Shown in pieces: positions 11,671-25,081 of a stretch of DNA of 33,124 nucleotides. The translations under genes were made by a program, and so were the position numbers. The notes beneath the pieces were generated by a model that made no database searches, was not told where the DNA came from, and worked only from the letters and a program-made list of their open reading frames with translations. Source of the DNA: Octopus bimaculoides (taxonomy: Eukaryota). Location: assembly GCF_001194135.2 (NCBI RefSeq), contig NC_068983.1:128081432-128114555 (forward strand). The letters run 5' to 3'. Position 1 is the stretch's first letter, and every line of letters starts with the position of its first letter.

Positions 11671-12189
11671 TATATATAGTCAATTCAAATAAACAAACGA
11701 TAAAATGAACAATAACAGACAAGAAGAAGACGTGCACAAGGAATGTATTAGTTTGACACTCAATAAAAGGAGTGTGTTTGACGTTTGGAGCATAGCTCTT
11801 TGTCGAGAAATAGAAATGGAAAAGAAGGGAAAGAAATCACCAGCAGCATGTGTGTAGTTACATTGCTGAAGTGATATATATATATATATATANNNNNNNN
11901 NNNNNNNNNNNNNNNNNNNNNNNNNNNNNNNNNNNNNNNNNNNNNNNNNNNNNNNNNNNNNNNNNNNNNNNNNNNNNNNNNNNNNNNNNNNNNNNNNNNN
12001 NNNNNNNNNNNNNNNNNNNNNNNNNNNNNNNNNNNNNNNNNNNNNNNNNNNNNNNNNNNNNNNNNNNNNNNNNNNNNNNNNNNNNNNNNNNNNNNNNNNN
12101 NNNNNNNNNNNNNNNNNNNNNNNNNNNNNNNNNNNNNNNNNNNNNNNNNNNNNNNNNNNNNNNNNNNNNNNNNNNNNNNNNNNNNNNNN

Positions 12190-12220
<31 letters not shown>

Positions 12221-13967
12221 CATAATCGTATGATACTCGGCAAGTGAATAGACCATTTTAAAATTCATTTCTTTATAGTCGGAGTTCAAATTCTAGCAAA
12301 ATCAATGTTAGAACATTTTGTCTTACATAAGTCTCCGTAGCATAACCTAAGATACCCCACGAAGTTCCTTCCATTCTGCCTCTAGTAGAAAATATATTTA
12401 ACAAAACTCGCCTCAACAGATCACCATGATTGTGATTCCTTTCTGAAAATCCGCAAACCATTTTTCCAAACGTATTTCCTTTCAGAACTCGCAATTCCCT
12501 GTTCCAATGGTGCCGCACAAGACTAACATATATTTTAATCTGGGTATGAATCATACTAGTGCTCATCGATCAAATCCATTATATGAACAAGTCATATTTT
12601 ATTTAAAACAGAACTTTTGAACCAAAAGTAATATTAAATGCAAAATATTATTAATCTATCTAACTGGATGGATATCTCGATCCTTAATTTCGCTATATAT
12701 TGACAAATATTGTAATCATTTAATTCAATCATATATTTTATAAAATGTGCATGTCAAATATTTAGAGCGAACGTACATTAGAACTGAAATCCTAACCCAT
12801 AAACCATTATCATGTCAGCAATACCATTTCCTTTTATTTAATGGTAATGAATAATTGATGTGGTTTAAAATGGTAGGCGCCGTAAAGCAGGAAGCAGCTT
12901 CAATAAAGGCTATTTTCAAAGAGATTTTACAATTCCCATCTGAATATTTTTTCCTCTTCTATAACGCTACAAGTATCCTTATATAAGGACAACTCTTCGA
13001 TTCCCCGTTCGCTTGAAATTCAGGACATTTAGGCAAATTGAAAATTAGAATAAATCAATATTTTAAACAGGGTGAAGTGGTGCAACTTTCATAATCTTAC
13101 AAAAATCTCCTTTTGAAAAAAGCCATATCTCCAGATACAGCCGACTTGCAGCGATAACTTCTATCGACCACTGGCGGGAACATGTTGATCATTGCTTTTG
13201 CATTTTATTCACGCCAGATCAGCGCTGATCGAGCAGATAAAAACTTGAAACAACCAGGAATAGAGCCAGTTTTGAGAGGTATCTAAGCACACATCCTTCA
13301 ATGTTTCCAGGCAAAATATGTGATCGAAAAATTGTTACTAATTCTCGCACTCAAAGTACCCACATACAAGTATCGCTTTGGCATAGGATGCTTGCTTTGT
13401 TTGCTGTGGTGTTCAAAAATAATTGAGAAGGGAGACCAGATATATACTAAATTTTAGAAAGATATATTCGACTGATTTGTTCAAGACCTATTCAAGATTT
13501 CAATGTTCTCTGATTACCATAATATAGTACAGAATTTTACTTTGAGGATGCAGACATAAGAATGCTTATCTTGAAATTCTTCATACTAAGCAATGTATGT
13601 AGATTATCATATCAGCATTGTTTGTAACTTTGAGTTTAATCTGGGATCATCCCGTCCGTTTCTATTTCAAACAGACTGTAATGTTAAATGTAACATATTG
13701 TTAAATATAACAATCCATTTTGAACTAGATTATTGAAGGGATACCATTTAAGCAACCTGATGCATCTCAGTGAACAATAACACTCTATTTGAATGCACCA
13801 CGATAGAACAAAACTTTACTTACAACAAATGACTTAGGACATCGTATCATCTGGTGCTATTATGAACGTTAGACATCACCTGGGCCAATCTTTGGCCGAA
13901 ACGCATGTATGTTACTTTAATTATCTAACTAATTACCTAAATTACCTATGATATATGTATAAGTTTC

Positions 13968-14006
<39 letters not shown>

Positions 14007-15262
14007 NNNNNNNNNNNNNNNNNNNNNNNNNNNNNNNNNNNNNNNNNNNNNNNNNNNNNNNNNNNNNNNNNNNNNNNNNNNNNNNNNNNNNNNNNNNNNN
14101 NNNNNNNNNNNNNNNNNNNNNNNNNNNNNNNNNNNNNNNNNNNNNNNNNNNNNNNNNNNNNNNNNNNNNNNNNNNNNNNNNNNNNNNNNNNNNNNNNNNN
14201 NNNNNNNNNNNNNNNNNNNNNNNNNNNNNNNNNNNNNNNNNNNNNNNNNNNNNNNNNNNNNNNNNNNNNNNNNNNNNNNNNNNNNNNNNNNNNNNNNNNN
14301 NNNNNNNNNNNNNNNNNNNNNNNNNNNNNNNNNNNNNNNNNNNNNNNNNNNNNNNNNNNNNNNNNNNNNNNNNNNNNNNNNNNNNNNNNNNNNNNNNNNN
14401 NNNNNNNNNNNNNNNNNNNNNNNNNNNNNNNNNNNNNNNNNNNNNNNNNNNNNNNNNNNNNNNNNNNNNNNNNNNNNNNNNNNNNNNNNNNNNNNNNNNN
14501 NNNNNNNNNNNNNNNNNNNNNNNNNNNNNNNNNNNNNNNNNNNNNNNNNNNNNNNNNNNNNNNNNNNNNNNNNNNNNNNNNNNNNNNNNNNNNNNNNNNN
14601 NNNNNNNNNNNNNNNNNNNNNNNNNNNNNNNNNNNNNNNNNNNNNNNNNNNNNNNNNNNNNNNNNNNNNNNNNNNNNNNNNNNNNNNNNNNNNNNNNNNN
14701 NNNNNNNNNNNNNNNNNNNNNNNNNNNNNNNNNNNNNNNNNNNNNNNNNNNNNTATATAAATATATACACACACACACACTTCACTTATCAATTAGTTTT
14801 TTCTCAATGAGCAGTCAAAGGAATTACGCTGGATATGTCCTATTTCCATCTCCGTTTCTCTTCTTCTTCATTTGCCTAGTCTTAAGCATGTGTATTCACT
14901 GACATTCTTCGCTTCCTTGAACAAGATTTTATGTTTGTAGATCGCTGTGAAATGGGATTTGGAAACATGCATATATATTTATAATGACACTCTACTCAAA
15001 CAACTCTATCGACATGAAAATAATCTAATTTGTAGTCTTTTCTTTAAATATAATTGTCATCACTTTACATTTTTGCGCAAAAGTGAATGAATGTATGATG
15101 CATAAATACATTGAGAAAAACATTTGAAACATTAAAAGTGGCAGCAGATTGAATTAGAGGAAAATAATTTTATAAAAGTAAAGAGAATCTACGTGAGAAA
15201 TGAGATTGTTTTGTTGCAAGAGAAGGGAAACAGTTACATAAACTGATAGATATACTGACAGA

Positions 15263-15264
15263 TT

Positions 15265-15315
<51 letters not shown>
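15263..15315. repeat. (GATA)n tetranucleotide microsatellite
   Basis: About 12 gata units. Confidence 0.95.
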
Positions 15316-15684
15316 GCATCAACACATGTAGACAAGCATATAATTACATATATACTCACACATGTATATGTATACACATGTAACTACATACAAATATACA
15401 AATATATATGTACGCATATTTACGTATACATATCTGTGTGAACGTGTTTTAATGTGTGACAGTGTGGAATGTCTCCGACTAGAGATAGCAGTATTCGCTT
15501 CGAGTTGACCAATAACTAATGATGGGTACAACATTTGTAGTTCGTGTGTTTGTGTTTGTGTTTGTATGTTTGTGTGTGCCGGTGTACTCATCTGTGAATG
15601 TGACGGCATGTGAGTGCCTGCGCCTTCATATAGATATCAATAATAAACATGTCGATAGATTTTTATGTAGATAAGCAGATAACG

Positions 15685-15853
15685 GATTAGGGAAAAGTCG
15701 ATTTCATTGACCCCAGTGCTCAAATCGTTCTTATTTTATCGACCTCAAAAGCAAAGTCAACCTCAGCGGAATTTCAACTCAGAAGGTAAAGACGGATGAA
15801 ATGCCGCTAAGCATTTTGCCGAGCGTGCTAACGATTCTGCTTGCAGCCACCTT
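15685..15853 (-). mobile_element. tRNA-derived SINE (short family)
   Basis: The minus strand has A-box-like gcagaatcgttagc and B-box-like gagttgaaattcc, followed by the family body (tttgct..gtcgataaaataag..gagcactggggtc). Homologous to 20290-20482. Confidence 0.85.
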
Positions 15854-15904
15854 GAAGCGGAAGAAAAGATACAAAGCATTTTGTCAGACATTATAACACT
15901 TCTG

Positions 15905-16287
15905 TGTGTATGAGAGTGTGCGCAAGAAATTTGACTCCCAATCACATGGTTCCGGGTTTAGTCCCTCTGAGTGGTACTTTAGGCAAGTGTCTTCTAATAT
16001 TGCATCGAGCGGACCAAAGCATTATCAGTAGATTTGGTAGATGGAAGCTGAAAGAAACTTGTACAGATAGAAGTGTGTGTCTTTGTGTCTGCGTTTGTCC
16101 AATCATCATGGCTTGAAAACCGGTCTTAGTGTATTTACGACTCGTAACTTAACGATTAGAGAAAAGCGCCCGATAGAATAAGTACCAGACTTTAAAAAGA
16201 AAAGTATTAGGGCCGATGCGTTCCACTAAAATACATCAATATAGTGCCCCAGCATGACTGGTGTCTAATGACTAAAACTAGTAAAAC
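15905..16287 (+). mobile_element. Near-full-length tRNA-derived SINE (long family)
   Basis: cccaatcacatggttccgggtttagtccc (B-box region), ggcaagtgtcttcta, gatttggtagatggaagctgaaagaa, cgtaacttaacg, gatagaataagtacc, ccagcatgac..gactaaaactagtaaaa. Homologous to the reverse complement of 28457-28812. Confidence 0.85.
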
Positions 16288-16799
16288 ATAACCGATATCT
16301 ATTAAACATATACACATTACATGCGTGTGTGTCTATATATATGCAGACATATATTATGTATACATTCACATATAGACACATGCTGATGCACGTGTCTATA
16401 CACGCACACACTGCTTATGTAATATGCATAATTATGTATGTTAGTATGTGTCAAACCTAATTTATGTATTTATCATTTGAGGATAAACATTTTAATTTTT
16501 TTTTCCATTTTATTGCGAACCCATAAATGTTTACATTACTGTATCATTTTCTAAATACGAGTAGCTTCTAAGGGTTTATGAAAGCTTTGAGAATTTGTCT
16601 TTCTTTTTTAACACTAAAAATAATATTTTTCTCCTTCCTTTGATATTCTGTATATCTTTTATTTCGACCTTGTGTTTCCATATTATCTGTATCCTTGTGT
16701 TATTTTCAATTATTAAATTGAAGTCTAAACTTTGAAAATGCATTTTCATACGAGCTACTGTGCTGACATACCCTCCTATTTGGAAATACATTTGCTTAC

Positions 16800-16850
16800 A
16801 AGCAACTGTGTACACGTTCCTCCACATTCTTAGCCTCACGCTCACATGTG
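16800..16850 (-). CDS. Candidate 51-nt exon TCEREAKNVEERVHSC(L); alternative donor at 16772
   Basis: Acceptor ggatattgcctag; donor TT|gtaagc (or GAGG|gtatgt, giving 79 nt). Purine-rich. Both options end in phase 2, matching the 6136-6191 exon. Confidence 0.3.
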
Positions 16851-17378
16851 CTAGGCAATATCCCAATATACACTCATTGGCACAAATAATTAACGAGCAA
16901 AATGTCGTTTCTACGTAGTGTCTGTACTTCTTGATAGATATGCCAAATATATCTCTTAAATATCACATTTTGAATTGACTTAAAATGCAAAACAATTTAC
17001 ATAAAGTAACTTTCTCTGAAAAAACATAATAGTGATGGTTAGCATGCACTGGACCAAGGTTAAACTGAGGCTAGACAGTAAAACAAACACATAGATACAC
17101 TAGCAAATATGCTGTAGCATTTAGTCTCTTCCATTGTACATAAATATACTTGCATATTTACATTGATTTTCCGTCATCTTTTCTATAGAAAACATAATGA
17201 ATTGGATATTACCTTCAGGGGGCCGACGTTTGCATAAACAATTTCTGTTTCTCTCACTCGTACTCACTTGACGTATTTGTGGACTTTGATGTATTTCTTA
17301 TATATGACCGTTTATTGAGGGGACTGTTGTATGTTGAGTCGTTGACCCAAATGTAATGCTTTTATTCTGTAACTAATA

Positions 17379-17629
<251 letters not shown>

Positions 17630-19076
17630 GGCGAAATGTACTATATCGTGTTCATATTATCCGAAAATTACCTCAGTCACAGAAAGATGTGCTTGCCACT
17701 GTGGTGTTGCTGTAACCTATCTAATGTGAACAAATACACTTTTAAATTAACTTCACACACAAGAAAATGGGAATTAAAGACATAACAGACACGAATAAAA
17801 ATTTAAACATGTACAAATATACCTCTATATAAGAAGGAAAATTAGTAAGTTAAAGTCATTTGAATATGAAAATATCAATGACAATATTAAAAACTACATT
17901 ACATCATTTGTAAGCATATTGGTTTAAAAGAGATTCGCCTTAAAACAACTCGTTGTCAGACAAATGTGATTAGGAAAGAGCAAGGAGGAAGCTGAAATAT
18001 CTAGTTTATTCAATAATACAAGAAGCGTTCGTGTTTCATCGAGATAGTTAACGAAGCACCTAACGACGTGTGGTTCATGGATCAGTAGGGTATATCGTGG
18101 AGTATGTCTCAAAAGTCAAGAGACAGTGCCAACGATAATAAGAGTTATTATGTCGCGCCTGTCTCCAGGTTGGTCTGCAGTTCATGGCTTTCGAGAATGC
18201 GAGATTACAGCCACATGATTCTCAGTGGATTACTTCGGCCAGCAATGATCACAAGCTTATTCCATATGCATTATGCTCAGAAAGAAAGGAGCAGAGATTA
18301 ACCAGTCGGTCTGTGCAGGTATTAATTCCCAGTTTGAGAAGTGTCTTTTTCAATAAATGGAAGCAGAATAAGTAGTCAAAGAGTGGTTGGATACCCCGCA
18401 AAATAGGTACACTTTTGAAGTTAGATCTCAGCTTAATATATTAATACTGATCTAAAAATACGAAGAATTCAATGGTGCGTTGATAGAATAGGCGGGTACC
18501 GAGTAATAGGCTCCGTTAGATGGTAGTTGGCAGTTAAAGGTCACGTCAGTTCACTATCTTTATATGAGGGATTCCGTCAGAGATCATGGAGAAATCTTCA
18601 CTACACAGCTAAGGTCTCAAAAGCTGAGGAGCAATTCTGGAGCACACAATTTGGAGAAAATATTCAGAAAGGAAAGTGCTAAGAGTTTTGTAGTGTTCTC
18701 ATCCAATAAAGTTAACGACTGCTCACACTATTTTTGTTTGTATTCGTTGAAAGCTTTATTGTTATTGTTATTTCCTTCTCGAGATTGGTGCCTACAGAAA
18801 TTATTCATTTCGTAGTATAAAATAAGTATTTTTACTTCCTATTCAAAAACGACTTGTCCTCTTCATATTTCTTTTCACTCGAGTATGTCTCGCTGAGTAT
18901 AGTAAACAAGTTTTCCGAAACAAACCTACACCTGGATTATAACCATAACATTTTGTTAGCAATTTATTTACACTGTTCCCTAAGCCCCAGTTATAATCTG
19001 TTGGATCATGGTCGTTTTACTTTTTCTGTCCCAATAACAGAAGATTCCATACGCCAGGTCATTATAACACCTTATT

Positions 19077-19130
<54 letters not shown>
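19077..19130. repeat. (AAT)n microsatellite; also 29361-29398
   Basis: Direct inspection. Confidence 0.95.
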
Positions 19131-19131
<1 letters not shown>

Positions 19132-19595
19132 GTCTTGGTATAAAAGATGGACTATCTGCATGTCAGTTGTTTGACCTTAACCACTTGAGTATGTCCCTTG
19201 GTGGCTGACGATATGAGCATCTCTGATCATGAGCAGAAGTAGTAGGGGAGCATCATAGACATGTATTGAGAGGAATTCTTTGGGGTTTGAATAATTTACC
19301 TTTGGAAACATAGGTGTTTTGCTCAACATCCTTAAACAAACCTTATTCAGGGACCATTTGATTGGAATGGGCTACTCGACCTGAAGAAAATTTTAACTGG
19401 GCCCCACCTGCGAGGTCATGCGCTGTTTATCTTGATATGAGATCATCATGTCGTGCACATATGGCTGTGACGCACGTGCCTGGTGTACCCTTATTAGACA
19501 GGTAGTCATGATGGGTATAATGGGCTTCGTAATTTTTACCCCAGTGTCTCTTTGATGACATGCACTGCTCTCTCCATCAATAATAGTAATAATCG
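19131..19595 (+). mobile_element. Interspersed non-coding retroposon-like repeat with (AAT)n tail
   Basis: Higher-GC block whose 3' ~100 nt (tacccttattagacagg..gggcttcgta..tttgatgacatgcactgctctctc-catcaataat) recurs at 20490-20590. Resembles an abundant octopod repeat as I recall it (not verified). Confidence 0.7.
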
Positions 19596-19715
19596 TTTCT
19601 ACTAAAGGCACAAGGCCTGTAGTCGATTATATCGACCACAGTGTTTCACTGGTACTTAATTCATCGTCCCCGAAGGGATGAAATGCAAAATCGACCTCAT
19701 TGGAAATAATAATAA
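19596..19715 (-). mobile_element. 5'-truncated tRNA-derived SINE (short family)
   Basis: ggcacaaggcctg..gtcgattatatcgacc..ctggtacttaattcatcgtccccgaagggatgaaatgcaaaatcgacctc aligns with 20300-20420. Confidence 0.8.
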
Positions 19716-20289
19716 GTTCGTGTAGTCCATAACCACAGGAGTACAGATGCAGACTCGATTATAAAGCCAAGGAATTAATATTTGGAAGTATTCCTGCGAG
19801 ACGCTTTGAAAAAAAATAGAAAACCATGCCAACACCAAGTGGAGAGCGTAAAAAACTAAGGTCGGTATAAGGTATCATGGAACTTTACTGTTTATAAGGA
19901 CCAAGAGATTCAGCAAGACAGACATATATTATCATTTTGAGGAAAGTGTCAAAAGTGTGCATCATCACAGATGTGCCTATGCAGTGGCAAACCACAGGCA
20001 AAACTAGCAAATGTCAGAATTTGATTTGGGGAATGCCAAGACTGTAGAGGGTCTCAGTCGTTTTAGGTTCCCTTTTTACCGTTACTACCAGACGTGGTAA
20101 TTTCCTTACAAAGATGAGCATACGAGAGTTGCATTAATAGAAAAATATACTCTATTACGAACAGTAAGGTTTGATAGGAAGGTCCTCGACATCTAAGGAA
20201 CTTAGTTGTGACCAGAATTACGCACATTGATTCCAAATAAAATACATCAGTGCATGCAATGTAATAATAATTATTATTATAATAATAAT

Positions 20290-20482
20290 AAACTTTTCTT
20301 GTCTAGACACAAGTCCAGAAATTTTGGGGGAGGGTGCCAGTCGACTAGATTGAAATCAGTAGCGCAACTGGTACTTAATTTATCGACCCCCGAAAGGATA
20401 AAAGGCAAAGTCGACCTAGGCGGAATTTGAACTCAGAACGAAAAGACAGACGAAATAACGCTAAGCATTTCGCCCGGCGCGT
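20290..20482 (-). mobile_element. tRNA-derived SINE (short family), least decayed copy
   Basis: caactggtacttaatttatcgaccccgaaagg..ggcaaagtcgacctaggcggaatttgaactcagaacg..gctaagcatttcgcccggcg. B-box GTTCAAATTCC on the minus strand. The AAT-rich tract at 20255-20290 is its tail. Confidence 0.9.
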
Positions 20483-20489
20483 TCATTTT

Positions 20490-20590
20490 CTACCCTTATC
20501 AGACGGCTGGTCATGATGTGTATATTGGGCTTCGTATATTTGTACTCTAGTCATTTTGATGGTATGCGCTGCTCCCTCACTCAATAATTG
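20490..20590 (+). mobile_element. 3' fragment of the 19131-19595 repeat family
   Basis: tacccttatcagacgg..gtcatgat..tgggcttcgtatattt..tttgatggtatgcgctgctccctcactcaataat aligns with 19485-19590. Confidence 0.8.
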
Positions 20591-20599
20591 TAATGGTAG

Positions 20600-20748
20600 A
20601 AATGGAGATAATAGTGATAGTAGTAGTGGTAGTAGTAGTAGTGGTAGTAGCAGCAGCAGCAAAAGCAGCACTAGAAGCAGCAGCAGCGGTAGTAGTAGCA
20701 GCAGCAGCAGAAACAGCAGTAGAAGCAGCAGCAGTAGTAGTAGTAGTG

Positions 20749-20797
<49 letters not shown>

Positions 20798-21116
20798 CAG
20801 CAGAAGCAGCAGTAGAAGCAGTAGCAGCAGCAGTGGTAGTAGTAGTAGTAGTAGTAGTAGTAGCAGCAGAAGCAGCAGCAGAAGCTGTAGCAGCAGCAGT
20901 AGTAGTAGTAGTTGTAGTAGTATGTTCAAATTCTCGCAAGTTATCATGGTGCCAGATATAGGAATAGCAATTATTGTTATTAAATATTTACTGTAGTTTT
21001 GCTTCAACAATAGCAATGACACCACACTCACTGCAGCAGCTGCGGCAACAACAGCAGCAGCAGCTGTAGTAGTAGTAGCAGTAGTAGCAGTAGTATTAGC
21101 AATAGTAGTAGTAGTT
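20600..21116. repeat. Compound (AGT)n/(AGC)n/(AGA) triplet repeat region
   Basis: Long mosaic triplet array 20600-20925 and a second block 21030-21116. Source of the poly-S/V/A/L/T ORFs. Confidence 0.95.
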
Positions 21117-21118
21117 AC

Positions 21119-21149
21119 CTTTATTGTATAATTTAATTCAATTTCAGTT
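21119..21149 (-). CDS. Candidate 31-nt microexon (R)TEIELNYTIK
   Basis: Acceptor gcatatttcctgtag, donor AAG|gtaact. Only the phase 2->0 frame is open. Confidence 0.4.
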
Positions 21150-22263
21150 CTACAGGAAATATGCATCTATTTATCTATTTTTGTTTTGTTGTTGCTGTTT
21201 TTATATTTAGTTTTTCAATGAAAATTGATTTCATTGAATTTAATTTTATCTTCGAGATTTTGCTTCAGCAATTTCATACAAAAAGGCCATTATCTGCTAC
21301 TTTCTATTTTATACTGCAAGTGAACTATAACAGAACTAGCTGGGCTGATATCGTTGTTTCTGACGTCAATTGAATTTATCATGGAGACATTTTGACTTTT
21401 GCCAGATTTTTCACATTAAAAAACAATATANNNNNNNNNNNNNNNNNNNNNNNNNNNNNNNNNNNNNNNNNNNNNNNNNNNNNNNNNNNNNNNNNNNNNN
21501 NNNNNNNNNNNNNNNNNNNNNNNNNNNNNNNNNNNNNNNNNNNNNNNNNNNNNNNNNNNNNNNNNNNNNNNNNNNNNNNNNNNNNNNNNNNNNNNNNNNN
21601 NNNNNNNNNNNNNNNNNNNNNNNNNNNNNNNNNNNNNNNNNNNNNNNNNNNNNNNNNNNNNNNNNNNNNNNNNNNNNNNNNNNNNNNNNNNNNNNNNNNN
21701 NNNNNNNNNNNNNNNNNNNNNNNNNNNNNNNNNNNNNNNNNNNNNNNNNNNNNNNNNNNNNNNNNNNNNNNNNNNNNNNNNNNNNNNNNNNNNNNNNNNN
21801 NNNNNNNNNNNNNNNNNNNNNNNNNNNNNNNNNNNNNNNNNNNNNNNNNNNNNNNNNNNNNNNNNNNNNNNNNNNNNNNNNNNNNNNNNNNNNNNNNNNN
21901 NNNNNNNNNNNNNNNNNNNNNNNNNNNNNNNNNNNNNNNNNNNNNNNNNNNNNNNNNNNNNNNNNNNNNNNNNNNNNNNNNNNNNNNNNNNNNNNNNNNN
22001 NNNNNNNNNNNNNNNNNNNNNNNNNNNNNNNNNNNNNNNNNNNNNNNNNNNNNNNNNNNNNNNNNNNNNNNNNNNNNNNNNNNNNNNNNNNNNNNNNNNN
22101 NNNNNNNNNNNNNNNNNNNNNNNNNNNNNNNNNNNNNNNNNNNNNNNNNNNNNNNNNNNNNNNNNNNNNNATATATATATACATGTATGTAAGTTTGTAT
22201 ATATGTATGTTGTGAGGTTAATTTTTTTTAATGAATTTTAAATTCGTCTTGGTTGTGACTTAC

Positions 22264-22287
22264 CGTTTCATTTTTCGCTTCACAGCT
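22264..22287 (-). CDS. Candidate 24-nt microexon (AVKRKMK-R or SCEAKNET)
   Basis: Consensus donor ACG|gtaagt and modest acceptor aattgcatag. The phase 2->2 reading joins 21119-21149 as ..KMKR-TEIEL.. Confidence 0.33.
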
Positions 22288-23290
22288 CTATGCAATTATG
22301 TATGTTGTATGTCTTTTTGAGTGGGCGATATATATATATATATAAATATATACATGTGTACGTTGTTGTGAGTATGTATGTATCATATATGCAAAAATAT
22401 AGAATATCATATGTGTGTGTGGTGCGTGTGTACATATATAGTACACACACATAGTGAGACAAGTGCTATATATGTGTATGCTTGTGTGTTTCGTTAGGAA
22501 CAGAAGCCAACACAATGAGTAAAATATGGCATATAGACGGAAATTTTCTATGACTTGTTTGGAGAAAAAACAAAATACGAATGTCACAGTTAACATGGGA
22601 TTAATGCCTTTAAATAATCTCACTTTTTAATGAAGGGCAATCTTCCAAAACGTTAGACTTGTTACATTTGACACTATGTCAGCTCGCTCTGAATTAATTT
22701 TTTTTCTAAGAACTTTAAATGATTGTTAAACAAAACTTAATTATGAGATTTTGTTGCTCAATGTTATTCAAAGTCGTTTTTCCATAGGTTTCTTTGATAA
22801 CACATCAGAATGTGTGACTAATGTATCTTTCGTGTGTTGTTGGTATCTTCGTGATATTTACATGTTGAAGGGTTAGAGCTGTCTCATCTTCTGACACATC
22901 TTCATAATGTAAATGGCAACAAATTCCATAACGTTTCAAATGTTATCTCGTAATGAATATTGATCTGAACAGAATACAAACAAGTAAACATATACACCTA
23001 CGTGCACGAAAGAACTACACGCCACATATACAAAGAGAGATAGAAAGAAGGACGCCTACACAATGCATATATANNNNNNNNNNNNNNNNNNNNNNNNNNN
23101 NNNNNNNNNNNNNNNNNNNNNNNNNNNNNNNNNNNNNNNNNNNNNNNNNNNNNNNNNNNNNNNNNNNNNNNNNNNNNNNNNNNNNNNNNNNNNNNNNNNN
23201 NNNNNNNNNNNNNNNNNNNNNNNNNNNNNNNNNNNNNNNNNNNNNNNNNNNNNNNNNNNNNNNNNNNNNNNNNNNNNNNNNNNNNNNNNN

Positions 23291-23330
<40 letters not shown>

Positions 23331-25081
23331 CGTACTTACATATACGTGCATACATACATACACACATAAATACATATACGTACATACATGTATACATACA
23401 TATGCATACACACACATTCATACATACACACAGACATTCACAGCACGCCACCCAAGTTATATTCTTTACTTTTGCTTCATGTTATCTTGAAGCACCTCAT
23501 CAACATCCACGTGATATTCAGATTTTTCTGTCAATTGCTTTCCTCAACCAATGTGGGTTATCTCTACTAATATTATTCATATTGCTTCTTATGATGATGC
23601 CAAATATCTTGGTTTGTCTCTGTTTTTAAATCACATTTCAACGTATGACTCTTTGTAATTATGTTTTCCTGCCTACGTAGAAACGCAGATATAAATATGT
23701 GATGCAAGTAAAAGATGAATAAATCACAATAGAAATTCTATACTGAGTGCAATTTATGTGTTTTTATTTTCTGAATGCTTGTGCTAAGATGTTCACGGAT
23801 TATATAAGTATTGTGTATTGTTTACTTCACGCTAATAGTTTATTATATGTTTCTGTGTAACAGTTAATGCTATAGCCCCTAATTATCGACATAAAATGTG
23901 TGGGGCTTTTTCAGTAAATTTAAGAATAATGAGTCTTTTTGATACTAAGTTATAACATATTTAATATATTAAATGCTCTTCCTAACGTGCATATGTGTGA
24001 ATATGTATAAATGCATGTGTGTACATATGTGAATATATGCGTGTATGTCTGTGTGTTTGTGGATGGGTTTGGAAGAAAGTGAAGCATTGCTGATTTTCGG
24101 AAACCTACCTAGATCTTGGAAATTGATGCCATTATTCCTCTTGGACCGTTGATACATGAAATTATAATTATGTATGGATATCATAAAAAAATATACAGTT
24201 TATATATTTCCCTCGACATAACACTACTTTCCATCTGGTTAGCAACATATTTCTCACAAAAAATATATTTTTATGATGCAAATATATCAGCAAACAAAAG
24301 ACATTCTAGGAGAAATGCTTATACATTCTGATATTTACCGTAAACCGCATTGAAAGTTTATCGTAACACGTAGAAATATGATATACCGGTGTGAATAGAA
24401 TGGAGAATGTAAACTAAGTATTACAGAGGCAGAAATATTAATTTTGTTGATAAGACGAGGTTACACATTTGCTCTATTATTGATCTTTTATATCACGCCC
24501 AGTAGATGAGTGGTGCAGTCTAAAATTGGTTTTGGAACAATGAAATATAATGTCAAAATTCGTGACGCTGAAGCACAAACGGAAAAGATCGGAACTGATA
24601 AGCCACAATGCATTTCGTCTAACGCTCAATTAATTTTAACCCTATCATATTGCTTACAATCGGCCTGATATTGTTTTCTGTCACCCAATCCTAGCTTTGT
24701 TGCAGCAAACATATTAAATAGTCTTATCTGCGTAACTGTCATGTGACACCAAATCTAAGTTAATGCAGTGCAGAGCTAATACTTGTTTTTAGCTAGCTAC
24801 AAATAATGCATTTTATTCTACTTATGTCATAAATGTACCAATACCGAATCTCTTTGCTGAAAATTATAAAATTAGAAGTAGTAGTCATAATAAATTCGTT
24901 GAGATTCATTTCTTTAATATATATTACACGAAGATAAACATTTAGGTATGGATACAAAATGGAGCGTCTTATTTGTTAGCCGACTTACTAGACATAGCAA
25001 TCTCAAACCCACTGCCAAAGGAAACATCCGTAGAGCGTCATAATCCTAAGGATACTTGATATTATATTTATTTATACACTG

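Noticed and set aside
12400-12520. KWFADFQKG on the minus strand, resembling a mariner HTH
   Set aside because: A single short motif flanked by stops, with no further transposase motifs or TIR.
16371-16400. Hairpin tatagacac..gtgtctata
   Set aside because: Arises within TA/CA/TG low-complexity sequence.
18169-18318. Plus-strand 150-nt open segment with ctccag acceptor and CAG|gtatta donor
   Set aside because: No recognisable product, no linked plus-strand exons, and a mediocre donor.
20483-21166. 227-aa poly-Leu ORF and overlapping poly-Ser/Val/Thr ORFs
   Set aside because: These are translations of the AGT/AGC triplet array, which is open in several frames on both strands.
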